Shown here piece after piece: positions 13,439 through 26,878 of a DNA stretch of 64,000 nucleotides; position 1 is the stretch's first letter; each line of letters opens with the position of its first letter. The notes below the pieces were generated by a model. The model saw only the letters and a list, made by a program, of their open reading frames with translations, made no database searches and had not been told where the DNA came from. The translations under genes and the position numbers were made by a program. The stretch is from Adineta vaga (taxonomy: Eukaryota > Animalia > Rotifera). The DNA lies in assembly GCA_021613535.1 (NCBI GenBank), contig CP075494.1:10850001-10914000 (forward strand), in the 5' to 3' direction.

Positions 13439-15070
13439 TTAATTATAAGCTGGCCAATATAATTGTTGTCCTGTTGCTGCTGTTGTTGAATCGAATAAAG
13501 CTGTAGGAGCATCGTAGATTGCTTGTGAGGTTGATGTTGTTCCTGGATTAGTTAATGTTGATGAAAGATTGTTATTTGATGTTGTTGCTCCAGTTAAATT
13601 CGCGAGATTAAATTGAGAAAATAGATTTGTTGGCCATGTTGCCGCTGTACTACCTGCTGCTGATGTTAAAAAAACAGGCTGCTGAAGAGTTGATTGTTGT
13701 GCTAATGGATAATAAACCACATTGGAACTAAACAAATGAAGAAAAGAAATGAATATCAAAACGAATCGATGTTGATATTTTTTTTGTTCTATAGATTGGA
13801 AATAAAAATGCTATAATCGAAGTCAAACCAAAAATACAAACGAGAGCCAACAAACACAAATGCAAACAAAATTCACACATAGGTGATATTGATATGGGAA
13901 TAGAAGGAGAGAAACTTTGATTTTAATTGTGCGAAATAAAATCAAGAAAATCTTTACACTCAGTTGGATATTTTATCGATAGACACACAATGACAAACAA
14001 ACAATTCAAATAACCAAACCAAAATAAAAGTAAAAATAACACAATATACACAAGCACCTTTAAATATATATATTTATTCATTTTAACTGTTCATCCATTG
14101 ACAGCACTTTGTATTAGCCTATAGAGACAGAAGGAAGAAAAGTATGTCGTATTTATCATTTTCCTTTCCCTTTCTTCTTTCATATCTTTAGAAAAAAATC
14201 AAAAAACATAGGTTTTGTTTATCTAACTCTTACTCAATTGTCTTCCATTGCTTCTCAGCCACCGGCAGAAAATGTTCTCTGTTTTCGCTCATTATTCCAT
14301 TGAACGAAGATGTTTTCTTTTAGTATAGTTCTATGTCTCATTTTGTTTCAATTTGATCAAAAGAAAAGAGCAAATAGAACAAGACAAGAAGCCTAGTTGA
14401 TCTCGAGAGAAAAGAGAAAGACAATTAGAAATAAAGAAATGGCTTCTTTCTCAAGAAAAAAAAATCAAATCTATATGCAAAATCAGACATGTCATTACAT
14501 TTGCATTCAATCGAAATGAAACAATATGATTTGTTAATAAGTGATAATTATATACATACGGATAAGCAGCAGCCGTTGATTGATAAGCCGGCATACGGGC
14601 AAGTAAACCGTAACTGACTAAAACAAAAACACTTGTTTGTTGTAAGAATATCAAAGAAATGAACATACGCGGTAAAGTTGCAGTTCGATTTTTTGCACCA
14701 AGATATGCAAGATTCACATTAGCACGACGTCCATCAATAGTTGGATTTAGATCTTTAACAGCTGCTTCAGCTTCTTCTCGTCGTGACATTGTTACCTACA
14801 TAAGACAATTTAGAATAATACATCATTGAAATTTTTACATACAAATCCATAACCACGTGATTTTTTCGTATTTCGATCTGTAATCACAACTGCTTCTTCA
14901 ATATCTCCAAATTTCGAAAAAAAAGCTCGTAATGTTTCATCAGTAGTATGATATGGTAAACCTATAGAGAAAAAAAAGGAAACAACCGTTCAGTATTTTC
15001 TGTTTAATATTATCTTACCTCCAACAAATATTTTTGTAAATGTTGTATCTGTTTGCAGATTTGCTTGCAT
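13439..15070 (-). CDS. RBM24: RNA-binding protein RBM24/RBM38 (SUP-12/SEB4 family)
   Basis: [64 protein letters not shown], followed by an Ala/Thr/Tyr-rich tail. Confidence 0.93.
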
Positions 15071-15749
15071 TGATAATTGTCTTTTACTAGAGTTAAATGA
15101 AATTTAAGTCAAGGATTATCTAGAAGTAATATAAATCGTTCGTTTATGGGAACAAACTACTGCTGATATTTGTCGCATATGACACAATCATATTTGATTC
15201 GATCTTGCTATGTCTCATGATAAGGAAAGGAAATAATTTAACGAAAAATCAATCGTGCTCACCAAACAATTCATAGAAGTAAAAATGAAGTGTACTCTCT
15301 CTCTCTCTTTCTCTCTCTTTGTGTTCTGAGAGCTACTCTCCTATATAAACAAAATGAATGTACCGAAGGCTTTCTCTTCTCTTTCGTTTTCTTCTCATCT
15401 GAAAGAAACAGAATGAACGATGAACCAATGAAATTTTCGTGCGAAAATAGAACATTGATGTACTTAAACGGAACAATTGACATTCATTTTCAAGTTGTTT
15501 CCTCTTGCAGATTGACAATGTTCAACATACGAGCACAATATCTTTCGTTCCTACTCGAGAATGAGAGATAATACGGTAGTTCACTGAACAAGACGATCTA
15601 GAATTCTTTTTTTTTCTCTATATATTGACGGGTCAATCTATGCTTCATTAGAGACAAAAGTTAATCAAAAGAGTTTTCTTTATTAATATTTATGATTCTG
15701 GACATAATAAAGTGTCATACATGTATGTTTGATAGAAATTTTATTGTTC

Positions 15750-16412
15750 TTATTTGTTAGTATGTTCGTATGGATATCCAGTAGATCTTTGTGAGGGTGA
15801 ACTATGTATAATTCCATCAGTTGCTAGTTGAGCAGTGTTATTTGGTGATTGGAAATTCAAATCTATATAACGAACGTTATCAATTGTCGCCGTTGAACGA
15901 ATATTTGGTTGTTTCGCTGAAACATTACTTGATGTAATTGATGCTTGTGGTGCTCGATTACCCCCCATATTGACGGCAATGTTTATTTCCATGACACAAG
16001 TACGTGAATTACCGTTTCCTGGACGACGTGTTGGATCTACAACAACATTAGCTGTTGGTATACGTCGTGAATATTCACCACCTCGTCGATCTATTTCTTG
16101 AAGATTATTACCACCAGCAGGTTGTTGAATTGAATATTGATCATCACGACTTCGGTTGATACTTCCATATGCACTATCTCTAGTTCGTTGCATATCATCA
16201 TCTTGTCGTCGATTTGATGTAAACGAACGGTCTACAGCTTGTCGTTCAGCTGTATGAAAATCATTTGATGGTTTGACAAGTTTTGAGACTGTTGGAGTTT
16301 CTGACCGAAATTCATATCGATTATCTATATCGTTATCTAAGAAGAAGTTGATGATTTTTTTTCTTCTATTTAAATAGATTTGCTAATCCTTACTTCTTGA
16401 TGTATATGCCAT
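15750..16412 (-). CDS. Orphan, probably largely disordered protein (~200 aa)
   Basis: ATG at 16412 (MAYTSR), GTAAGG donor, then an in-frame exon continuing into ORF 15750-16193; coding-like composition; no domain recognised. Confidence 0.6.
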
Positions 16413-17664
16413 AAGGATGTACTGTTTTTTTTTATGATAGTCGTATTGGTTGAAATGTGGTTAAGACAAAAACTCCGATGTAGGTGCCGAAAGACTGTCG
16501 ATATATGAAACAAAAATGATCGTCATCATAAAGAACGCTTGAGAAGTACATACATACCACAACGACAATAAAAAATACTAACGCCTCTTCCTTTTTATTT
16601 TACGAAGAAAAAAAAATCACGATGAAGATAAGCAATGATTTGTCATCTTACTTGTTAAATATATGCATACTTACCTACAAAGGTATGCAACTTGTTGATG
16701 ACAAAAAAAAAATCTTTCACAAAAGACTAACACATGCTTATCATAGTACAGATCGTGCAATCGAGAAGGAAGGAAAAGAAGAAAAAAAAACAACTTAATT
16801 AACTGATGTCTTTCAAAGAATTTTATTTGGCTACGGACGATTAAATATTTTTAAATAGAAGTTTCATGTAGTATATCAACAATCGTATCATATTACAAGT
16901 AACATTTTATGACAGGGCTTATATCTTTATAAGCTGTTGTTGTTGTTGTTGTTCTGCCGGCAATTTCAACTTACATTTCACATTTTGTTTTTTTCGCGAA
17001 TTTGAATCTTAGCAAATACGTTGACATGTAATAGAAAGATTTATTTCAAAGGAAAGAAACCTTCAAATATTGTCTGGAATTAACAAAAAGGAAACAGTGT
17101 TGAAAATGTAATAACCAAGGTCATTGATATTGACATGAAATCTTTTTTTAACATACATGAATAATCTTGTCGAACATTAAGTTAAAAAATCTAATTTTGA
17201 TTCTCTCACGAAATACAATATACTACTCATTCAACTCTTAGTACTTTGTTTTTTCAACACTTCATAATCATTGTATCTGTTTATATTTATATAATTATAT
17301 ATTTCTATATGATGACATTGTTGTTTATCAAAGTAAACGAATGTTTGTCAATGTGATTATTTCCTATTCATTCGAAGAAATCTTCTGTCTCAATTGATTA
17401 CAATACTTTCATTCAGAAATATATAGCTCAAGGCTTTCGATTGCCATAACCGCCCACTTCAGATTACATAGTCCCCTTTAACTAGTTTTCTTCATATCAC
17501 AACCTTGAACTTATTTTATACTAATGGATTGGAGTGAGAATCAAATTCAATAAACAAAAACATAATTTATCTCTCCTATGAAAGAAATTCTTTCTCTCTT
17601 CATCAAAATAATCAACTGAATCTTTTATTTAAGAAAGAAAAACGAAGCACTGTATCAACTAGAT

Positions 17665-18509
17665 TTATTGTTGTGCACAACTATGTCGTTTATTACCGGT
17701 ACGTTGATTTTTACTTTCCGAAACACTTGGATCCGAAGAACGACGCATTACATCTGGACTAAATGTCATATTAATATTTGCTAAATGAAGTAAAATTCGA
17801 AATGCATTCAATATAGTTTCACGTTGATGACATGTTGTTTCTACGAATGTTGCATGCCATTGATCGCGTACAATGCCTTCAGCATAATCTCGTGTTACAA
17901 TACGTTCACCAAGTTCAACATCACATTTGTTAGCAATAATAACCATTGGTATTGTACGTCCTGTATCACCTTTGATTTCGTAAACAAGTTGTCGCATCTG
18001 TCGAGCAATATTAAATGAATGTGCATCGTTAACTGCATAGAGAATAAGAAATGCATCACCATGTGATATAGCAAGACGTCTCATAACGGGAAATTCATCA
18101 ATACCAGCTGTATCTAAGATTTCCAGAGTAATTCGACGATCGACAAGTGTAAGTTCAATACTATGCATTTCATCGACAGTTTCTTTATGATCAGGAAGAA
18201 ATTTTTCTTGTAAAAATTGTTGGCATAAACATGTTTTACCTGTTGAAATAAGTAACAAAAGAAAAATATTGAAGAGGAAATCATTTTTGAGCGAATCAAC
18301 TTACCAACTTTTGTAGCTCCAAGAATAACTATTCGAAGTTTTTCTTGATTTGTTTCCGGATCGATTGTTACTGATCGTTTGCTATGTAAATGATGACGTT
18401 GATGATGACTAATCTTATAGTATCGACGATTAGTCGATGGTGTCGGCAGATGAACTTGATCAGTTTCAAGTTTTAGTGTAGAAATTTCATTTGTCGGATC
18501 TGATTTCAT
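17665..18509 (-). CDS. Ras-family small GTPase, Di-Ras/RasD(Rhes)-like
   Basis: Spliced G1 GATKVGKT, G3 LEILDTAGIDEFPVMRRLAI, G4 NKCD, C-terminal CaaX CAQQ; ~55 aa N-terminal extension; intron ~18240-18304. Confidence 0.85.
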
Positions 18510-19480
18510 TGAATTATTTGTTTTAGTTACATTCAGACTATTCAAGTATTAATAGGATGTGCGTGTTCAGTCAATACTGATTGAGAAAAACCTCACGACA
18601 ATTAAATGAAATATATATTCATATATAGACATAGATAAGGAGATAACAAAAGAGGAAAATGAGAGAAAGAAGGGAGCAAAAAGTGGCAGCTGTGAAAAAA
18701 GATGTCTTCCTCATTTTTCTCTCTCTCTCTCTTTCTCCTTCTCCCTCTTTTTTCTGTTTCCGCCTTTTCTTCTCCTTGTTCACTATTCATCACAGTCTTT
18801 ATGACACATATCCGGTTATTACAATTAGCACATTTAGTTTAAATACTGTCCTTTTCTTTTCTCTTCGTTTGTTTTATGTCACTTCAACTTCAATTCAAAT
18901 CGAAACATGTGATACACACCCTGAAACACTATATATATATATATATATAGTTATTAATATGTTCACTGTATCAACTGATTAAGAAAAAGGCCACGAGAAA
19001 TAAAAAACTTTTGTCAACGTTCGTCTGTTATTAGGTAGATAAAATGCCGAGTAAGTATAACGACTATCAATCGACTAATTATAGCTTCAAGTAATATTAA
19101 CCTATTCATAATGAAAAAAAAAGATCTTTGTTCAAAAAGTAATGTCGACATTCTCTAACGGAAAGAAATCAAAAGATTTAATCGTGCGTATAATGTTGAA
19201 TTTACTCTGAACATTCCTTGTCAGTCAACATATCACCAAAAGTAACCATTTGCTTAACTTATATATATATATATATATATATGTGATATTTTTCTGATCA
19301 TCTTTCTATTTTGCTCATATCGAATTTCAATAATTCTCGTCACGTTTTTGAACTTGTTTGCAACAACAAAAGAACTAATTGAATAAAGCAAATCTTCCAT
19401 AAATTCTTTTTTTTTTCGCTATCATATATACGATTTTTATTATGATTGATGAAATTCATTGGATTCTCATAGGAGATTTT

Positions 19481-20148
19481 CTATTCCGTTTCACATGATT
19501 GTTCAATAAGTTTGGCCATTTTATCAATTAAATATTCATGAGCAACATCAAATGTTTCAATGTCAATATCATGATTCGATTTGGAAATTTGTTCATGTAA
19601 TTTAATTGCTAGATTATGTGGACATGAAAAATAATCTTGTTTGTTTAAAATATGTTCTTTATAAAATGTACATGTACAGAAATTACTCGTTGATAATGTA
19701 TAAACAGATACTTGATTTTTATTTGCATGAAATTGATAAAGACGACGCGAAGGAAAATCAGTTGTATGATATAAAACAAGACGTTTTGTATGTTTAAGTA
19801 GATCAATTGCATTTGTTAAAATTTCATACCCATAAAATAATGCTAAACCTATCGAAGAAATAGAAAGATATATAATTTGTTATTCTTTTCTCATCATCAA
19901 ATTCATATGCTTCTTTGACTCTTTAAATTCACGTGCGGACAGGAAAAATTCTTTCGTGCATGTTCTTTATTCATTGTCTAGGGCAGATATAGATTCTAAT
20001 TCTTAATGAAGTCTATCCTGAATGATTCGTACGCAGTCAACGATATAAAATCACCTTTCATTATTTTATCATCGATCATTTTCAATTCATCATATGTTTT
20101 TGCAACTTCATTTAATAAAACACGTTCAACATTCAGAAGATAATTCAT
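19481..20148 (-). CDS. ZSWIM7: SWIM zinc-finger protein ZSWIM7/SWS1 (Shu complex, homologous recombination)
   Basis: Manual translation: exon 1 (20148-20055) MNYLLNVERVLLNEVAKTYDELKMIDDKIMK; exon 2 (19848-19481) GLALFYGYEILTNAIDLL..SRRLYQF..NFCTCTFYKEHILNKQDYFSCPHNLAI. This is a CxC-x15-CxH SWIM finger, collinear with human ZSWIM7. Confidence 0.85.
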
Positions 20149-20423
20149 CTAAAAGAAAACAAATCCGATCGTTGCTTTCCTTTAGTCACAGACATTGTAG
20201 TTTGTCAGGAGGTGGTCTTTTCACAATAGGTGAATTGTAAAGTATTGTTTTTATTTTCAAATTTTTATTCATACTGTTCAATAAAGATATATTGGTTTGA
20301 TGACTTCAACTTCCTAAACGTTTATTTTGAAAAGAAAATCACACACTTAATAGCTAGGCAGGGAACAAAAATAAGGAACCGGAAAAGGAGTGATAATGAT
20401 AGTCTTCTTAGTTCAATGCAAAT

Positions 20424-21061
20424 CTAATGGTATTTGGCCCATTTGTATTGTTCTAAAGAAAACAAAAACAAATGACATGTTAAAATCTAGAAAATTATTG
20501 AAAAAGTAAATTGAAACATACTTCTGTCGGGTATGGCATAGAAGACGAAGTTAAAAAGTGAAGCGACAACAAAAATTTGTGTATACCAAATAAGATTTGG
20601 TTTCTTGTTATCCAAATAAGCACGGTAAAATTTCCAGAAAGCTAAATTTAAAAAACGAAAATTGATATATCAACATTTGTACCTGATATTCTTCGTCTCA
20701 GATTAACTTACTGCGAATACCACCTTGATAAACTCCCATTGGAGTTTTATCTCGTCGTGCAACCCATGCGGGAATATCAGCTAGTTTAACATCACCGAAA
20801 TGAAGATCCCCTAGAAATAGGAAAAAAAAGACAATAGATAAGACGAAAATTGTCTTGTAATTTAAACGAACGTTTTCCATAGTAACGCCATGGACAATAA
20901 GGACCATGTACGCGTGGATTGAAATCACGTGGGTATTCGTTGAAGACTTTTAAATATTGTGCCAAGTTTAGATATTGTAATGGATCCCACTTAGCTTTAA
21001 TTCGATCGGGATTGCCCGGGATAATGGTTTCATTGGTTTTACTATACCACGCGTCACCCAT
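20424..21061 (-). CDS. ATP5MF: Mitochondrial ATP synthase subunit f
   Basis: EYPRDFNPRVHGPYCPWRYYGK, FGDVKLADIPAWVARRDKTP, a single TM helix, C-terminal KWAKYH; invertebrate subunit f pattern. Confidence 0.9.
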
Positions 21062-21202
21062 GATCACTGTTCGATCTGAAAATAATGAAAAAATTTTCGA
21101 TTATTCATATGGAAAACTAGAGAATTGATCTTCGAATCCGAAAAAAATAATAATAACAATTTGTTGTCGCCATTACCACCATTTTAAGACCACTCTTATT
21201 GT

Positions 21203-21225
21203 CCAATCAGAAATAGATGGCGCTA
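21203..21225. promoter_or_regulatory. CCAAT box plus AGATGGCGC (YY1/CTCF-core-like) motif upstream of ATP synthase f
   Basis: CCAATCAG at 21203-21210 and TAGATGGCGCTA at 21214-21225, ~150 bp upstream of the ATG, in AT-rich background. Confidence 0.35.
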
Positions 21226-21673
21226 TTTGCAACTCATGTTTGGATGTATCTACAAACAATACAAAAAATAGCAGTCTTACTATTTAGTAAATTTACTAGT
21301 CAAATAAATATACTTTTTGCACTGATGAATCAATCGGCCAGATCTTTTTTGTATTTTCCATAAGATTTTGTTGATATATTAAAAGATTTTTGTATGTATT
21401 GTGTTGCATTCTTTTAATGTATTTAATCAATAAATCTGAAGAGTATCATAACAATAAAAAGCGAAAAAAGAGAACAAATAGAAACGGATGATGTTAATCT
21501 GAATGTTGCGATAATAGAGAGAAACGTGTGGAATGACAAAAATGGAATAAGAGAGAGAAAAGCACGTCTATATTCACAATCAACACATTGCTAACCATCG
21601 ACATACAACATCTAATAAAAATATACACACAAGCATGCGCACAGTGTTAAACACATGAGAAAATGAAATCTGT

Positions 21674-22951
<1,278 letters not shown>

Positions 22952-23080
22952 TTAGAAATGTTGTTGAAGTAGTGTTGATTTGAAATGGTGATAGACCACT
23001 ATTTTGTTTCGATATATATAATATACGGACGACTAAATGTTTCTTCTCTCTCTCGTCGGCTTGAAATTCTATTTGTATCA

Positions 23081-23090
23081 CCATATAAGG
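23081..23090. promoter_or_regulatory. CArG box (SRF site) in the actin promoter
   Basis: Perfect CC(A/T)6GG (CCATATAAGG) 150 bp upstream of the actin ATG, with a TATA-like run at ~23012-23023 between them; classic actin promoter layout. Confidence 0.75.
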
Positions 23091-23843
23091 ACATGAGAGG
23101 CAAATATTCGAACCAATGAATAAAAAGTAATGCGGATTGAAGAACGCAAGTGAAGGTGGAGAGTATGTGCACGCGTATGAATAGAACGAGTGTGAGCTGA
23201 TGTTTTAGTCATGTCCCATAGAGAAAGTCATTGCTGCTCGTAGTAAATAAAATCATATTTAATCATGGCATAGAGATTAGTCATCATCCGTCATGTTGTT
23301 AATCAAAACAAAGTTAACGAAAACAATTTTTTATTTATTCATTTTTATTCTATTAAACACTATTCTTTGAAGTAAAAAATCTTGGATATACCACAATATA
23401 TATATATATATTATATTAGCTCTAGAAAAGAAATGTAATATAATCTTTGAACTTTGCTTGATATTCTAGTTTCTTGAGAATACAGCTAACTTCATTATTC
23501 ACAACTGTGTCACGTAATTCTTTTGACAATTGGTTAGATTAATTCTTGATTATATTGATTTCAATCGTTGTATATAAAAAAGTGTCGATTATGTAATGAA
23601 CTACAAAATCAAATATTTAGATTCAATCATTTTATATCATATTTTCTTCTCTGATTTGCAGAGTAAATGTAACGTATTGACAGTAGTATGCCCGCTTATC
23701 AACCAATCACGATTTTGAATGTATAATACAGAAAAATTCCCTTCGACGTGTATCGTCTTCAAACAATGTTCTCTTCAAGATATTTCTGAGAAATTTTTAT
23801 GTTTTGCACATAAAATGCTCTCGTCGATGTGATATATTTGTAC

Positions 23844-24030
23844 CCATATATCATCTCGATAATACAGAATCAACAACAAAATAATGATTTGATTAATAAA
23901 AGAACTGACTCAGCTGTTGAAGCATCATAAATTCGTATCACATCTTCAATAATCGATAGACATATTTATATATGTACTAATCGTGACATTATAAAAGGTA
24001 AAACATTTTACGAGGGAATGTCGAAAAAAC
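23844..24030 (+). repeat. Direct repeat copy 1 (pairs with 26736-26878)
   Basis: 23921-24021 aligns with 26766-26866 with 7 mismatches in 101 nt. The shared CCATATATCATCTCGATAA block lies upstream, separated by ~50 extra nt in this copy. Confidence 0.9.
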
Positions 24031-24855
24031 GTTGTACGTAAACGTTTTTCATTGCTATCGAACCCGACGATTATTACAACAATTCTCATAATTACTTTCT
24101 AAATCAACGATAAAAGAAAACATATATGAATAAGTATCAGTAGGTGTTCGATTAGTTTAAATTAAGGCACTTTATTGAAGATTTTCGATTGATTTAGGTA
24201 GCTATTCATACATAAAAACAATAAATAATCAAGTCCATAACTTTCTCAGAATTTTATTTTGCTGACGTTAGTTCTATAGAATCAGCAGTATAAATACAAT
24301 GTCCTTGCTTATTCAAAAACACCTACTTTGTATGTCATCGGTTTGATGTTTACCGGAGTATTACTTTAATAAAAAAAAGTACAAAAGTGTTTACTACCAC
24401 AAGTATCAATTTGATAGATACAGTTTTTTATCATGCATACGTTTTGCATTCAGATCAATATTACTTTTGTTTCAAAACTATTAATCTATTATAACATTAT
24501 ATTTTCGATTTAATTTCTCTGATTGTGCCATAGCTTTGATTTTTTAAATTCATTTTTAAAAAACAAACGTTAATAATCTTTGGCTGGCATCCGTGTGATT
24601 CGAAAACGATTGTGAATAATTATGAGACGATAATTTTAATTTCGGGAAAGGACTGTTTAGAGAAGTTATTGAACTGATGCTTGATAAAACTTGGATTAAA
24701 TATAGTCAACATATCATGTTACTTGTCGACATAATTGACTAGTGAGCAATGAGAAATGATAGAATGGTTTTTAAAAAAAAAGTAAAATCTCTATGAAAAA
24801 ATGAAAGTTTTTAATAGTTGTTATAGAGATATCTTCTATTGAACTAAAGATAAAA

Positions 24856-26142
24856 CTATTGTTGGATAACCACACGTAGGAAATATTTGATTGCATATGT
24901 CGATAATTGACCACCTGGACCATTGAGATTATAATCAAAACCATGTGTAGCCCATGGTAGTCGAAGAAAATAATTGGGAACATCATGTTCATTTAATTTA
25001 TTACTAAGACGACGAGCATGTTCATCAAACACTAATGAATCAAGTGCACCATGTAAATGTAGAGTTGGTACTGTATGTTTGGTAACAAATTCAATTGGTG
25101 AACTGTCACGATATTTTTCCGGTATGTCAGGATAACTTCCACCAAGGTATCTTTCAAGTGTTCGATATGAATTTAAAACTAATGGATTTGTTGGTGTCAT
25201 ATAACCCCATATCATATCTACTGGTCCATAAAAATTGATTGCACCTTTGATACCTAATTGCTTGAGTTTATATGCTGACAGTAATGCTATTTGTGCACCA
25301 GCTGAACGACCAAGAAGTACAAAGTTTTCAATATCAATATTCAATTCATCAGCATGATTTCTTAAATAATTTAATGCTGCAGTTGCATCTTCAATTGCTA
25401 AAGGATATTGCCACTTTGGAGCTAATCGATAATTAATTGCAACAACATGGTAACCAATTTGTGCTAAATGACTATTGAGTTCAGGTAATTGCTTACTATT
25501 ACCACTCACCCATGAACCACCATGTATAACAACTACACAGGGTCGTTTACCAGAAACACACGATTCATAGTAATCTAATGTTAAACTAGTATCATCATAT
25601 TTTACATAGGTAAATGTACGATACGATATTTTAGGTACGAATTGAAAAAGTTTAACGATACTAAAAGGTACATCATTTGAAAAATGTTGATTTCTAGTTG
25701 ATGTACTACGATCATGTTCGAATGCTTTTTTTAAATTTTTTGTTAAATTCTGAGCAATAAAATAAGCTCTAATGATTGGAGATAAATATAATAGTAAAGC
25801 AATCAAGCCAATGATTGTTCCTAACAGAGTAGAAAAACCGATTTGAGTACTAATTAAGAGTGTCAAGGTCGTTAATATGATAAAAACAACCGAATATTCA
25901 TTTACAAAAATAGCTGCCAACCATAACATTGAAGTAGGAGCTTTGAATATGTTCAATAATGAGAGAAGAAACAGTGAAATCAATATAACAAGACGAATCC
26001 TAAAATAAAAAATCACTTCGTTTTTCTACTGTTAAAAATTCATGTTGAACAACATGCGTAATATCAATCTATTTCAATATATATCAAGCATCTTGTAGTT
26101 CTTCAATTAAACTTACGATATATAATAAGCGATTAGAGCCAT
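24856..26142 (-). CDS. Membrane-anchored alpha/beta hydrolase (HSL/BD-FAE-like esterase), bacterial-type, horizontal-transfer candidate
   Basis: HGGSW oxyanion hole, INYRLAP, GRSAG nucleophile, LHGALDSLV, LPWATHGFDYNLNGPGGQLSTYA; three N-terminal hydrophobic helices. Likely start ATG 26142 (MALIAYYIS) joined in frame by a 117-nt GTAAGT..TTTTAG intron (26116-26000). Confidence 0.88.
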
Positions 26143-26735
26143 CAAAATACCAAACAACGCTTCGATACCGTACACATGCTTTGTATTCATTTTTACCATT
26201 ATGTATGTTGTCGTTCGTATCTATAAAAAAATGAAACCAGTACACACATAAACCGATGTAAATATACGTTATCTAGTTTTGATAGAGCAGAACGAAAAAA
26301 AACGCACATCACGATAGAAAATATCCATTTGCATTATTTATCAGCTGTCTCGTATTATCTACATTAAAAAGACCAAAGAGTCAATAGACACAGTACATCC
26401 CATTTAGGATTTATACAATAAAACTTCGAATTAAGAAGATCCGTCGTTCAAGAATATTTACATTAAATGATGGGAAAACGATAATGTCTATTATTCAAAA
26501 ATCGAATTGATTTCACTCTTATATACGATCAGGAAAATAATGAATTTTCTTTGTTTGCTAATGCATCATAAGCATTTATTCAATATTTGCTCATTCTGAG
26601 AACATTGTATGAATGATAGCTAAACTTCGCCAGGTACGAAAGAGTTACAGAAATAGTATCTATCATTTTTTTTATCTGTCAAACTATGTATCATCTTCAT
26701 ATCTAAATCAAACGTTGAAATTGCAGTTCTCTAAT

Positions 26736-26878
26736 CCATATATCATCTCGATAACGTAGAATTCGAGCATCATAAATTCGTATCACGTCTTCAATAATCG
26801 ATAGATATATTTATATATGTACAAATCGTGACAATAGAAAAGGTAAAACATTTTAAGAGAGAATGTATGAAAAAAAAC
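26736..26878 (+). repeat. Direct repeat copy 2 (pairs with 23844-24030)
   Basis: About 93% identical to copy 1 over the 101-nt core; same orientation. Confidence 0.9.

Noticed and set aside
19849-20054. Possible H/ACA snoRNA in the 206-nt ZSWIM7 intron
   Set aside because: One plausible hairpin and an ANANNA-like box, but no convincing second hairpin or ACA geometry by eye; needs a covariance-model search.
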